From Clostridia bacterium (GTDB taxonomy: Bacteria; Bacillota; Clostridia; TANB77; CAG-508): DNA of 64,000 bases. Numbering within the stretch: the first letter of the stretch is position 1; the number at the start of each line of letters is the position of its first letter. Made by a program: the position numbers and the translations under genes. A model generated the notes under the pieces. That model worked only from the letters and a program-made list of their open reading frames with translations, was not told the origin of the DNA and did no database searches. The stretch lies in assembly GCA_022793875.1 (NCBI GenBank), contig JAAWDR010000033.1:50137-114136 (forward strand), given 5' to 3'. Of the stretch, positions 10,196 through 19,953 are shown in pieces.

Positions 10196-11395
10196 ATGCG
10201 TAAAATTTTATGTATTGTTTTAATCTTACTAATTTGCTTTATTACAACATTTGTACAAGCAGAAAATAAAGAAGAAAATAATTCAACAGATATATATACA
10301 CAAAGAAATGAATTACAAAATCAATTAAATGAAGCAAATGGAGAACTAGAAGGAGTAAAAAGTGAATTATCAGAAAACTTACAACAAGTGGAAAAACTAG
10401 ACAAAAAAATAGAAACAGCAGAAGCACAGCTTGAAGAATATGAAAGTAAGATTACAAATTTTAAAAATTCTATTAATAAAATAGAAACAGAATTAAATAC
10501 AGTATCAGACAAATATGAAAAACAAAAAGAACTATTGAAAAAAAGATTAGTGGCAACTTATGTAGCAGGAGAAACCCAATATTTGGACATATTGCTAAAA
10601 TCAAGAAGTATAGATGATTTTCTATCTAGTTATTATTTAATATCACAATTAGCAGAAATAGATAATAACTTAATGAAAGAACTAGAAGGAAAAAAGAAAA
10701 CAATAGACTTATCAAGGCAAAAATTGGAAAAAGAAAAAAAAGAATTAGCAGTAATAGCAGAAACACAAACAAGAACAGCAAGAACATTACAAAATACAAA
10801 AAAATTAAGAGAAAGTTTTATAGAAAAACTTTCAGAAGAAGAACAGCAATTACAAAACAAAATAGATGAAATAAATACACAATATGAAATTATAAATAAA
10901 CAAATTTTAGCTGCTGCTATGGAAGGATTAGATACACAATATATAGGAGGAGAATTGGCATGGCCAGTTCCAGGATATACAAGAATTACATCTAACTATG
11001 GAATGAGAGTACATCCAATAACACATCAATATAAATTACATACAGGAGTTGACATTGGAGCACCAGAAGGAGCAAACTTTATAGCTGCAAATGATGGAAT
11101 AGTTGTAAGATCTGAAATGAATATAGCCTATGGAAATATGGTAATAATAGACCATGGTGGTGGAATATCAACATTATATGCACATGGCTCTGAAATACTA
11201 GTACAAGTTGGACAAACAGTAAAAAGAGGAGAACCAATATTAAAAGTAGGATCAACAGGGTATTCAACAGGACCACATGCGCACTTTGAAGTTAGAATAA
11301 ATGGAATAACAGTAAACCCATTACCATACATAACTAATGGTCTAGTACCAGGTACAGAAGAAAATATAAACGAAAATACAAATTCAATAGAATAA
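10196..11395 (+). CDS. Coiled-coil M23 family metallopeptidase (EnvC/PcsB-like, FtsEX-associated)
   Basis: Signal peptide, long coiled coil, C-terminal LytM/M23 motifs HTGVDIGAPEG ... HAHFEV. Confidence 0.85.
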   Translation: MRKILCIVLILLICFITTFVQAENKEENNSTDIYTQRNELQNQLNEANGELEGVKSELSENLQQVEKLDKKIETAEAQLEEYESKITNFKNSINKIETELNTVSDKYEKQKELLKKRLVATYVAGETQYLDILLKSRSIDDFLSSYYLISQLAEIDNNLMKELEGKKKTIDLSRQKLEKEKKELAVIAETQTRTARTLQNTKKLRESFIEKLSEEEQQLQNKIDEINTQYEIINKQILAAAMEGLDTQYIGGELAWPVPGYTRITSNYGMRVHPITHQYKLHTGVDIGAPEGANFIAANDGIVVRSEMNIAYGNMVIIDHGGGISTLYAHGSEILVQVGQTVKRGEPILKVGSTGYSTGPHAHFEVRINGITVNPLPYITNGLVPGTEENINENTNSIE

Positions 11396-11436
11396 AAACG
11401 ATAAACTAAGCGAAAGCGAAGTGAACGGAGGAATAT

Positions 11437-12645
11437 ATGAAATCTATATATAAAAGAATAATTGTAATAATGTTAATAATAATATTTGCACTAAATATGA
11501 ATATTGCATTAGCAGTTACACAACAAGATATAAATAATCAAAAAAATGAGCAAAATAAAATAAATAATCAAATAGATGAAGCTGAAAAAAAACATAAAGA
11601 ACTTGAAGCGCAAAAATCTCAAACTATGAAGCAAGTAGAAAGCATAAGTGCACAAATAGAAACATATGAAACACAAATAGCGCAATTGGATACTCAAATT
11701 AATGAAGCAAATGCAAAAATAAAAGAATCAGAGCAAAAATTAGCAGAAAATGAAAAAGAATATGAAAGAAAACAAGACAATTTCAAAAAGAGATTAGTAG
11801 CAGTATATGAAGCAGGGGAAACAACATATTTAGATTTCTTATTAAGCTCAAGCAGTTTAGTAGACTTTATTTCGAATTATTACTTAGTATCAGAAGTAGC
11901 CGAAATGGATAAAAAGTTAATAGAAGGACTAGAAAAACAAAAACAAGAAATTGAAAATGCTAAAAAACAGATAGAAGATAGTAAACAACAATTAACAACA
12001 GCAAAAGCAAGCAAAGAAGGAATGGCAACTCAATTAAAAAATTCTAAAAATGAAAAGAACAAATATGTTTCACAACTATCTGAACAAGAAAAAGAATTAG
12101 AAAAAGAAATACAAGAATTAAAACAGGCGAATGCTAGAATAGCAAATGAAATAAAAATAGCTGAAGAAAAATACAAAAAAGAATTAGAAGAATTACAAAA
12201 CAGTTCATCAGGTGGAGGTTCAACAGGAGCAGGATATTTTATGAGACCAGTAAATGGTGGTTATATATCAGCAAGAGCTTATTATTCAAGTGGAAGATTT
12301 CATGGAGCTCTTGATTATGCAGTATCATCAGGAACTCCAGTATATGCAGCAGCAGATGGAGTTGTAATGTTAACAGCAAATTTAACTACAAGTTATGGTA
12401 CTCATGTAGTAATAAGACATGCAAATGGAATGCAAACATATTATGCACATGGAACATATGGTACGATATGTGTAAGTGCTGGACAAACTGTAAAAAAAGG
12501 ACAAAAAATAATGAATAGTGGTAACTCTGGAAATTCGCAAGGACCTCATTTACATTTTGAAGTTAGAAAGGCTCCTTATAGTTATAATGGATATGCAACA
12601 GCTTATGGACAAGATTCTAGAGTAAATCCTGAGGCGTATATGTAA
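11437..12645 (+). CDS. Second coiled-coil M23 family metallopeptidase
   Basis: Signal peptide, coiled coil, M23 motifs HGALDYAV ... GPHLHFEV. Confidence 0.85.
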   Translation: MKSIYKRIIVIMLIIIFALNMNIALAVTQQDINNQKNEQNKINNQIDEAEKKHKELEAQKSQTMKQVESISAQIETYETQIAQLDTQINEANAKIKESEQKLAENEKEYERKQDNFKKRLVAVYEAGETTYLDFLLSSSSLVDFISNYYLVSEVAEMDKKLIEGLEKQKQEIENAKKQIEDSKQQLTTAKASKEGMATQLKNSKNEKNKYVSQLSEQEKELEKEIQELKQANARIANEIKIAEEKYKKELEELQNSSSGGGSTGAGYFMRPVNGGYISARAYYSSGRFHGALDYAVSSGTPVYAAADGVVMLTANLTTSYGTHVVIRHANGMQTYYAHGTYGTICVSAGQTVKKGQKIMNSGNSGNSQGPHLHFEVRKAPYSYNGYATAYGQDSRVNPEAYM

Positions 12646-12654
12646 AATTAATAT

Positions 12655-12815
12655 ATATTTTATAGTTTAAATTTTTGTATATTAGCACTTTCTATTTTTG
12701 CTCATGTTTTCCCACTGAAACTGTAACAATGCTAACGCATTTAACAGTTTTCAGCGGTCCCCACATAACATTCGACTAAATATAAAGTACTAATATACAA
12801 AAATAACATAAACTA
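12655..12815. repeat. Structured intergenic element (imperfect 25-30 bp inverted repeats flanking a GC-richer hairpin core)
   Basis: ATAGTTTAAATTTTTGTATATTAG(C)AC at about 12661 and its imperfect reverse complement at about 12783. Inner hairpin CTGAAACTGTAACA..TTAACAGTTTTCAG. Confidence 0.3.
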
Positions 12816-12923
12816 TGAATTATAGAGAAATATTAATAAATTGTAATTTTTATTATAGAAATAAAATATATATAAATGGGCGGAGTATATCCGCTCAAAA
12901 TTTATGGAAGGCAGTGGTAAATT

Positions 12924-14105
12924 ATGGAAAAAGAAAAAAGAGATAAAATATATAGAATAATTATGATGATTTCAATTTCTGTTTTTATAACATTTATTAT
13001 TACATCAATATCTCTATATACATATTTTTTAAATAATCCAATTTCAATAACATCATCAAGTTCGAATTCTACTAAAAATATAGCATCTAAACTAGAAGCA
13101 TATAAAAAAATAATTGAAAAATACTATTTAGGAGAAATTGATGAAAATGCATTAGTTGAAGGAGCAATTGCAGGATATGTAGCTGGATTAGGAGATCCAT
13201 ATACAGAATATATATCAAAAGAGGATATGGAAGATTATTTAGATGATACTATGGGGAATTTTGTTGGAATAGGTATATATATGATAAAAAATACTGAATA
13301 TGACAAAATTCAAGTATTATCAACAATTAAAGGTGGATCAGCAGAAGAAGCAGGAATAAAAGCAGGAGACTTAATATTAACAGTAGATGGAGTAAGTTAT
13401 TCAGCTAATGATATGACAATAGCTTCAAGTAATATAAAAGGTGAAGAAGGCACAAAAGTAACAATTGAAATATACAGAGATGGAGAGACTATAAAATTTG
13501 AATTAACAAGAACAAAAGTTAAAGTAAATCAAGTAGAAGGAGAAGTTATTTCAGATAATATAGGATATATACAATTTTCTTCATTTGACGAAACAACAGC
13601 GGAAGATTTTAAAACAGAATTTGAAAAATTAAATAAACAAGGAATAAAATCATTAATAATAGACTTAAGAAATAATGGTGGAGGAATTGTAGATCAAGCT
13701 TTAGAAATTGCTGATTTTGTAGCAGAGAAAGATGCTGTTTTATTATATGAAGTAGATAAAAATCAAAAAGAAACAATAAAAAAATCAATAACTGAACCAA
13801 TAATAAATATGCCAATTATAATATTAACAAATGAAAATACAGCAAGTGCTTCAGAAATATTAGCAGGAGCATTAAAAGATTTAGGAAAAGCAAAAACAGT
13901 TGGAACTACAACATATGGTAAAGGTGTAATTCAACAAATTTTAAGCCTTACAGATGGAAGCGGATTAAAAATTACAATAGAAGAATATCAAACACCTAAT
14001 AAAAATAAAATTCATAAAGTTGGAATAAAGCCAGATGTTGAGATAGAATTGACTGATAGCAAAGAAGATGTTCAATTACAAAAGGCAATAGAACTATTAA
14101 AATAG
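12924..14105 (+). CDS. ctpA: Carboxy-terminal processing protease (S41) with PDZ domain
   Basis: N-terminal TM anchor, PDZ region GSAEEAGIKAGDLI, S41 catalytic region; 393 aa. Confidence 0.85.
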   Translation: MEKEKRDKIYRIIMMISISVFITFIITSISLYTYFLNNPISITSSSSNSTKNIASKLEAYKKIIEKYYLGEIDENALVEGAIAGYVAGLGDPYTEYISKEDMEDYLDDTMGNFVGIGIYMIKNTEYDKIQVLSTIKGGSAEEAGIKAGDLILTVDGVSYSANDMTIASSNIKGEEGTKVTIEIYRDGETIKFELTRTKVKVNQVEGEVISDNIGYIQFSSFDETTAEDFKTEFEKLNKQGIKSLIIDLRNNGGGIVDQALEIADFVAEKDAVLLYEVDKNQKETIKKSITEPIINMPIIILTNENTASASEILAGALKDLGKAKTVGTTTYGKGVIQQILSLTDGSGLKITIEEYQTPNKNKIHKVGIKPDVEIELTDSKEDVQLQKAIELLK

Positions 14106-14119
14106 AAAGGATTGAAAAA

Positions 14120-14713
14120 ATGAATTTAGCAAATAAATTAACTATTTTTAGAATAATACTTGTACCAATAATGGTAGTAGTTTCATTTTTTGAAACAGAT
14201 ATAACTTTTCTTGGAGTTCCAGTTACATTTTTAATTATGGATTTAATATTTATAATAGCATCAATTACAGATAAACTAGATGGACATATTGCAAGAAGTA
14301 GAAATCAAGTAACAACATTTGGGAAATTTTTAGACCCATTAGCTGATAAAATTTTAGTATTAGCAGCAATGATTTTATTAGTAGAAATAGGAAAATTACC
14401 AGCATGGATACCAATTATTGTACTAACTAGAGAGTTTGTTGTTTCTGGCTATAGACTAATTGCAGTAGAAAAAGGTGGTAAAGTAATTGCAGCATCTATG
14501 TGGGGAAAATTAAAAACAGTTACACAAATGATTGCTATAATATTAGCATTTATAGATATAAACGCATTTGGTGAATGCTTTAGTGGAGCATTATCAGGAT
14601 TTCCATTTATATTAAATGTAACTGTTACAATAATGATGATTATTCAGACTATTGCTACAATATTCTCTGGATATGATTATTTGAAGGATGGAAAGAATTT
14701 ATTAAAAGATTAA
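14120..14713 (+). CDS. pgsA: CDP-diacylglycerol--glycerol-3-phosphate 3-phosphatidyltransferase
   Basis: CDP-alcohol phosphatidyltransferase motif DKLDGHIAR...G...DPLADK; multi-TM; 197 aa. Confidence 0.85.
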   Translation: MNLANKLTIFRIILVPIMVVVSFFETDITFLGVPVTFLIMDLIFIIASITDKLDGHIARSRNQVTTFGKFLDPLADKILVLAAMILLVEIGKLPAWIPIIVLTREFVVSGYRLIAVEKGGKVIAASMWGKLKTVTQMIAIILAFIDINAFGECFSGALSGFPFILNVTVTIMMIIQTIATIFSGYDYLKDGKNLLKD

Positions 14714-14719
14714 AAAAAC

Positions 14720-14748
14720 TTGACAAATTGTAAATTCTGCCTTAATAT
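14720..14748 (+). promoter_or_regulatory. Sigma-A-type promoter upstream of greA
   Basis: TTGACA - 17 nt - TAATAT, about 50 nt upstream of the greA start. Confidence 0.5.
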
Positions 14749-14796
14749 ATTATAAGTTTCATAAATAATAAGCTAAAAAGAAAGGATGATATTAAT

Positions 14797-15273
14797 ATGG
14801 AAGAAAAAGAAGTAATCCTTACACAAGAAGGATATGATAATTTAGATAAAGAGTTAAACTATTTAAAAACAGAAAAAAGATCAGAAATTGCAGAAAGAAT
14901 AAAAGTTGCATTAGGTTTTGGAGATTTATCAGAAAACTCTGAATATGATGAAGCTAAAACAGCACAAGCTGAAAATGAAGTAAAAATAGCAGAGTTAGAA
15001 AATAAATTAAGACATGCTAAAATAATTGATGAAAAAGAAATTGATACAGATGTTGTACAAATTGGAAACGTAGTAAAAGTACTAGATATAGAATTTAACG
15101 AAGAAATAGAATATACAATAGTTGGTTCAACAGAAGTTGATTTGGCAGAAAATAAAATTTCTAATGAATCACCTTTAGGTGCTGCTTTATTAGGTGCTAG
15201 AAAAAATCATACAGTCGATGTTGTTGCACCAGTTGGAGTTATGAAATATAAAATATTAGATATAAAGAAATAA
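14797..15273 (+). CDS. greA: Transcription elongation factor GreA
   Basis: N-terminal coiled-coil with acidic tip GDLSENSEYD; C-terminal FKBP-like domain; 158 aa. Confidence 0.9.
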   Translation: MEEKEVILTQEGYDNLDKELNYLKTEKRSEIAERIKVALGFGDLSENSEYDEAKTAQAENEVKIAELENKLRHAKIIDEKEIDTDVVQIGNVVKVLDIEFNEEIEYTIVGSTEVDLAENKISNESPLGAALLGARKNHTVDVVAPVGVMKYKILDIKK

Positions 15274-15662
15274 TTAATAAACTATAAAAAATGTCGAATT
15301 TTGCGATGAAAAGTAAAAAAAATATATAAAAATTATGTTTACAAAAACTATTAAATATGGTATAAATAGAATATTCTATTTAGCTAATTTAATAGTTTTT
15401 TCTATTATATTTGTTCTAATAGAAAAGTGATAATTTTTAAGTCAAATTAATTTTGTAAAAGAATTTTAATTCTAAAAAGTATTTAAAATCAAAATTTAAA
15501 TCGAAAAAAATCAAAAAAATTAAAAAAATGAAGAAAAGGAGGTATATTTAGAGAGAAAAGAAAAATACACATTTATTAACTAAATAGAAAATATTTATCA
15601 AAAGATTATAGAAAATACTTGAATTTTATTTAAGTGTTTGCTATAATAAAGGAGGCAAAATA

Positions 15663-16643
15663 TTGGCAAATAAAGTAGAAAATACAACAAATGATAAAAA
15701 ATTAAATCTTAAAAATGATATAATATTTAAAGCATTTTTTAGTAGAAAAGGAAATGAAAAATTTTTAATAGATTTTTTAAATTCAATATTAAAAATAGAG
15801 ATTTCAAAAATATCAATACAAGAAGAGGTAAATTTAGAACAATTAAGCAAAAAAGAAAAAGGTGGCAGATTAGATATACAAGCAATTCTAAATGATGGAA
15901 TGATAGTCAATATAGAAATGCAAGTGAGAGATTTAAAAAATGTAGAACAGAGAAATGATATTTATGAAGCTAAAACAATATCAAGACATTTTGCAAGAGG
16001 AGAAGATTATAAGAAAGCCAATGAAGTAATTTCAATATATATATTAAATTATAATTTATTTGGATTTGATGACTATATATTAGATACAGTAAAAGTATTG
16101 AATAAATATAGAGAGTATCAAATAAATAGCATAAGTAAAGAATATTATATACAATTACCAAGATTTAGAAAATCAAATCCAGATATGAATAATAAATTAA
16201 ATCAGTGGTTAGCAATAATCGATGATGAAGATAGGGGGAAAATAGAAATGGCAAAGGAGAAAAATGAAGTTATAAAACAGGCAGAAGTGGAAATAACATA
16301 TTTTACAGCAAGTGAAGAAGCAAGATACCTAGCTGATATGAGAGATTTGTGGGAGTCTGATAGAGTAAGTGAATTAAATTATGAAAAAGAAATTGCACAA
16401 AGAGAAGGAAGAGAAAAAGGGATAAAAGAAGGAAGAAAAGAAGGAAGAAAAGAAGGAAGAAAAGAAGGAAGAAAAGAAGGAAGAAAAGAAGGAAGAAAAG
16501 AAGGAAGAAAGGAAGGAAGAAAGGAAGGAATAAAAGAAGGGATAAAAATAACAGCAAAAAAACTTTTAGATAAAAAGATGGATATTAAAGATATTGAAGA
16601 AATAACTGGACTCACAGAAAAAGAAATTAGAGAATTAAAATAA
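15663..16643 (+). CDS. Rpn/YhgA-like PD-(D/E)XK nuclease family protein (Transposase_31 family) with EGRK repeat tail
   Basis: TTG start 7 nt after AGGAGG. N-terminal FKxxF..FLNSIL and D..E.K nuclease core as in Rpn/YhgA proteins. C-terminal (EGRK)x8 low-complexity repeat. Confidence 0.75.
   Translation: MANKVENTTNDKKLNLKNDIIFKAFFSRKGNEKFLIDFLNSILKIEISKISIQEEVNLEQLSKKEKGGRLDIQAILNDGMIVNIEMQVRDLKNVEQRNDIYEAKTISRHFARGEDYKKANEVISIYILNYNLFGFDDYILDTVKVLNKYREYQINSISKEYYIQLPRFRKSNPDMNNKLNQWLAIIDDEDRGKIEMAKEKNEVIKQAEVEITYFTASEEARYLADMRDLWESDRVSELNYEKEIAQREGREKGIKEGRKEGRKEGRKEGRKEGRKEGRKEGRKEGRKEGIKEGIKITAKKLLDKKMDIKDIEEITGLTEKEIRELK
16433..16528 (+). repeat. Intragenic 12-bp tandem repeat GAAGGAAGAAAA x8 (EGRK x8)
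   Basis: Eight head-to-tail 12-nt units (the last two carry an A to G change), flanked by degenerate copies. Confidence 0.9.
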
Positions 16644-16764
16644 TTAGTAGTAGGTCATATTATTTTTTAAATAATACTGACACATTATGTAAAATGATAT
16701 ATTATTAAATATAGTTACTAAAAACAGTATAAAATTCATATTTAAACAACAGGAGGGCAATTAA

Positions 16765-17721
16765 ATGGGAATTTCATTTCAGGAATTTAGCACAGCAATG
16801 AAAACTTATCAGGCTATAAGAATACTTGGACAGAAAGGTTCACGGTGGAATATACCTGTTCCATGTTTTAATGTAGCAGGAATTGATTTTCGGCATTCTG
16901 GTTCATACTATATTGTTCAGCGTGGAGGTAAAGCTCCAGAAGAAATTATGAATAGAGCAATGGCAGAATTTGGAGAGATATATCCAGGAGGAGATAATTT
17001 TTGGTATGGAGAAATACACTCAGTTAGAGGGATTTTGACCTTAGTTTCAATGCTTGAAGGTAAGTATACCAAAGAGCTGGTTAATCAACTTACTAATGAG
17101 ACATATAGAAAACTTCTTAGTTCTCCATTAATTAAAGGAAATGCAAAATTACCTTTTAAGAAAGCATCTATTAGCCAAAAGTGGAAAGAGTTTTATAAAT
17201 TAGTTCTTGAACATGATAGGATTGCAAATCCTTTTTGCAAAAATACAGATTTATTAAAAAATCCAAGTGAGTATTTGGATAAAGTAAATATTTCAATTGC
17301 TTTTGACAAAAATATTGATATTGCAAGTAGTGTTAAATTTGGTTTAAAAAACAAAAATTCATGTACAGATTTTGGGGATAATGCAGAAGGATGGTATTAT
17401 CATACCAATGGTTGGAATGACTCTGAAAAAGGCGAAGAGAGTGGATATACTTCAATGGGACATTATTACAGTAATGGCGTTAATAAACAGCCTATTGATG
17501 AAGTTGTTTACCTTTATCACACAACAGGTGGTGGTTATAAGGAACGTCTTGGAGATGTTGATTTAAGAATTAGTTTGATGACAGGCTTGGCATGGAAAAC
17601 TTATAAAGAAGAAGAGGCAAAACCAGTTACAGATAAGCAACTCGAAGTAATGATACACCATTTAAAAAGGAATATTGAAAGAGCAAAAATTACTATTCTT
17701 GATGAAATGGTAAAAAAATAA
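16765..17721 (+). CDS. Hypothetical protein (318 aa), locally GC-richer, likely horizontally acquired
   Basis: Codon usage (CAG, CTG, CGG) differs from the surrounding genes. A GGAGG RBS is present and a strong bidirectional terminator lies at 17736-17775. Confidence 0.55.
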   Translation: MGISFQEFSTAMKTYQAIRILGQKGSRWNIPVPCFNVAGIDFRHSGSYYIVQRGGKAPEEIMNRAMAEFGEIYPGGDNFWYGEIHSVRGILTLVSMLEGKYTKELVNQLTNETYRKLLSSPLIKGNAKLPFKKASISQKWKEFYKLVLEHDRIANPFCKNTDLLKNPSEYLDKVNISIAFDKNIDIASSVKFGLKNKNSCTDFGDNAEGWYYHTNGWNDSEKGEESGYTSMGHYYSNGVNKQPIDEVVYLYHTTGGGYKERLGDVDLRISLMTGLAWKTYKEEEAKPVTDKQLEVMIHHLKRNIERAKITILDEMVKK

Positions 17722-17780
17722 TATGATTTTAACAACACAGTTTCAAATTAGAGACTGTGTTGTTTTTTTAATAATATAAT

Positions 17781-18503
17781 TTATAATTTTAAACTACTAT
17801 CTAAAGCAAGTCTAATCATATTATTTAAACCACTTTGTCTTTCTTCAGGAGTAGCAACATCTTTAATAAATTTAGAATCAACTACACTCATTAAACAAGC
17901 AGCATTTTTATTTAATAACTTAGCATTATAAAATAAAGCAAAAGCTTCCATTTCAGCAGAAACTGGGTTAAAATCAGTTGGAACTCTTTCTAAGAATTTG
18001 TTAACATCAGTCATATACAAATCAAAACAATCAGTGCAAACAGTATTCCCAACAGTTAAATTACAATTAAGTTCTTTGGCTGTATCTTTTATAATAGTAT
18101 TTAAACTATTGCTAGAATTTACAATATGACAATTATCATTATTCAATGTTAAAGCATAATTACTTTCAGAAAATACATTTTCACTTAAAATTATATCAAA
18201 TAATTTTAGTTCAGGTAGATATCCTCCACAAGAACCAATTCTAATAATATTTTCTACATCATAAAATTTATATAATTCATAACTGTATATTCCAACACTT
18301 GGCATTCCCATACCATGTGCCATTACTGTTAATTGTTTTCCTTTATATGTTCCTGTATATGCATACATTCCTCTAACACTGTTTACAAGCTTATAATCTT
18401 CAAAAAAGTTTTCTACTATATATTTTGCCCTTAAGGGGTCTCCAGGCATTATTACTGTTTTTGCAATTTCTCCTTTATTGGCTTCATTATGTGGTGTTGA
18501 CAT
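17781..18503 (-). CDS. deoD: Purine nucleoside phosphorylase (DeoD-type, PNP/UDP family 1)
   Basis: MAHGMGMPSVGIYSYEL and RIGSCGG motifs. Start placed at the MSTPH ATG, preceded by AAAGGAGGAAA; the listed ORF begins upstream of the RBS. Confidence 0.85.
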   Translation of the reverse strand: MSTPHNEANKGEIAKTVIMPGDPLRAKYIVENFFEDYKLVNSVRGMYAYTGTYKGKQLTVMAHGMGMPSVGIYSYELYKFYDVENIIRIGSCGGYLPELKLFDIILSENVFSESNYALTLNNDNCHIVNSSNSLNTIIKDTAKELNCNLTVGNTVCTDCFDLYMTDVNKFLERVPTDFNPVSAEMEAFALFYNAKLLNKNAACLMSVVDSKFIKDVATPEERQSGLNNMIRLALDSSLKL

Positions 18504-18633
18504 ATAAATTTCCTCCTTTTTATTTTTTATAATTATATTATAAGAATTAATAAAATGCAAATGAAAAAAAATCTAAAAATTCTAAAATTAAAGTTCCAAA
18601 AAACAAAATTAAAAAATAGAAAAGAAATATGAA

Positions 18634-18676
18634 TTATGTAAAAAAGTGCACAATAAAAAAGTGTACTTTTATTGTC
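18634..18676 (+). promoter_or_regulatory. Copy 2 of the conserved TTATGTAAAAAAGTGCAC..hairpin..TTTTATTGT element
   Basis: Near-identical over about 43 nt to the copy at 19857. Contains extended -10-like TATGTAAAAAA and the stem GCACAATAAAA/TTTTATTGT(G)C. Lies in the divergent deoD/pilin intergenic region. Confidence 0.45.
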
Positions 18677-18707
18677 TTTAAAAAAAATTAAATATAAAAT
18701 TAAACAG

Positions 18708-18772
18708 TATTGACATTTGAGTAAACAAAATATAAAATAATATTAGAATGACACAAATGTCAATAGTATAAT
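18708..18772 (+). promoter_or_regulatory. Pilin promoter region: a perfect 12-bp inverted repeat bracketing tandem promoter motifs
   Basis: TATTGACATTTG (18708-18719) and its reverse complement CAAATGTCAATA (18754-18765). TTGACA-17-TAAAAT and TTAGAA-18-TATAAT lie within it. 45-105 nt upstream of the pilin-like gene at 18815. Confidence 0.5.
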
Positions 18773-18814
18773 CTATAAAAAAATTCACAAAATAAACAAA
18801 AGAAGGAGAAAAAT

Positions 18815-19327
18815 ATGAAAAAGATTCAAAAAAACAATAAAGGAATAACACTAGTGGCATTAGTGATTACAATAATAATTTTGTTAATTTTAGCAGGAAT
18901 AACAATTAATTCATTAACAGGAAGTGGATTATTTAAAAAAGCAGAATTAGCAAAAGAAGAAACTTTAATTGCACAATACAAGGAAAAAATAGAGCTAATA
19001 AAAACAGAAACAAGATTATCTTACAATGGCGAAATAACATTAGAAAGATTAAATACAGCATTTAATGATTCTAAGCAAAGAGACTGGGTTAATGAAAGTA
19101 TAGAAGATAAAAATATAAATAAAATAAAATTAACAACAAATGATGGATTTATATTTTATATAACAGATGGAACAATAGAATACAAAGGAACAGGAGATGT
19201 TACAATACCAGAAATTATTACAGCAGAAATGGTCGAATTTATACCATCAGATAACACATGGAAAGCAAAAGATGGAACAGAGATAACAAATGTTAAACAA
19301 GCATTAGATTACTTATATGATAACTAA
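18815..19327 (+). CDS. Pilin-like protein with prepilin-type N-terminal helix (non-canonical Ala at +5)
   Basis: KG|ITLVALVITIIILLILAGI resembles a class III signal peptide plus hydrophobic helix, with no Glu at +5. The N-terminal 40 aa are almost identical to the ORF at 19954. Strong RBS. Confidence 0.65.
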   Translation: MKKIQKNNKGITLVALVITIIILLILAGITINSLTGSGLFKKAELAKEETLIAQYKEKIELIKTETRLSYNGEITLERLNTAFNDSKQRDWVNESIEDKNINKIKLTTNDGFIFYITDGTIEYKGTGDVTIPEIITAEMVEFIPSDNTWKAKDGTEITNVKQALDYLYDN

Positions 19328-19350
19328 AATAAATGAAGGAGAAAATTAAA

Positions 19351-19815
19351 ATGAAATTTGTAAAGAAAAATATTAAATTAATAATAGGAATAATAGTAGG
19401 AACATTATTAGTAAGTGGAATAAGTGTATATGCTACTTACACATATTTTGCTAACGAAATAAAATATACAGATGATAAAAGCGTAGCAGATGCTTTAAAT
19501 GATTTGTATAGTATAAAAACAGAAAATTTAAGCTTAAAATCACAAATTGAAGAGTTACAAAAAAAAATTGAAATTGTTTCTTATAAAGGAAATGTTAGTA
19601 ATGGAACTACAATAAATGTTGAGGTTGGTAATTATGTGTTTGTATCTTCTCCTGCTAATTCTTATGCTACAAATTCAAAAACATTAATAAGTGGTCTTAA
19701 TGGAGGAAGTTATAATGGGATAGGAACTTACACATGTGTATTTGAGGCAACTGCTTCAACTATGAAAATTACTCCACAGAACAATTGTAATTTTTCATAT
19801 ATTATAGTAAAGTAA
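19351..19815 (+). CDS. Small secreted/membrane-anchored protein between the two pilin-like genes
   Basis: AAGGAG RBS then ATG 19351. N-terminal KK + hydrophobic segment IIGIIVGTLLVSGISVYA. About 154 aa. Confidence 0.5.
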   Translation: MKFVKKNIKLIIGIIVGTLLVSGISVYATYTYFANEIKYTDDKSVADALNDLYSIKTENLSLKSQIEELQKKIEIVSYKGNVSNGTTINVEVGNYVFVSSPANSYATNSKTLISGLNGGSYNGIGTYTCVFEATASTMKITPQNNCNFSYIIVK

Positions 19816-19856
19816 TGAAATCTTATTATTCAATTAATTACAATAAAAGTTAAATA

Positions 19857-19900
19857 TTATGTAAAAAAGTGCACAATAAAAAAGTGTACTTTTATTGTGC
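19857..19900 (+). promoter_or_regulatory. Copy 3 of the conserved TTATGTAAAAAAGTGCAC..hairpin..TTTTATTGTGC element
   Basis: Perfect 11-bp stem GCACAATAAAA/TTTTATTGTGC with loop AAGTGTAC, 55 nt upstream of the pilin-like gene at 19954. Confidence 0.45.
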
Positions 19901-19953
19901 TTATAAATAAGAAAATATATAATTAATAAAAACGAAAGAAGGGGAGAATAGAA

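Noticed and set aside
16433-16528. Possible CRISPR array
   Set aside because: The repeats are 12 bp, contiguous with no spacers, and lie in-frame inside a coding sequence. No cas genes. Not CRISPR. No CRISPR-like arrays elsewhere in the window.
16303-16615. Minus-strand ORFs (84 and 78 aa) over the EGRK repeat
   Set aside because: They arise only because the 12-bp tandem repeat lacks stops in the antisense frames (FLLFF / PSFL repeats). Not genes.
17372-17566. 64-aa internal ORF in another frame of the 16765 gene
   Set aside because: Embedded out-of-frame in a longer, better-supported ORF.
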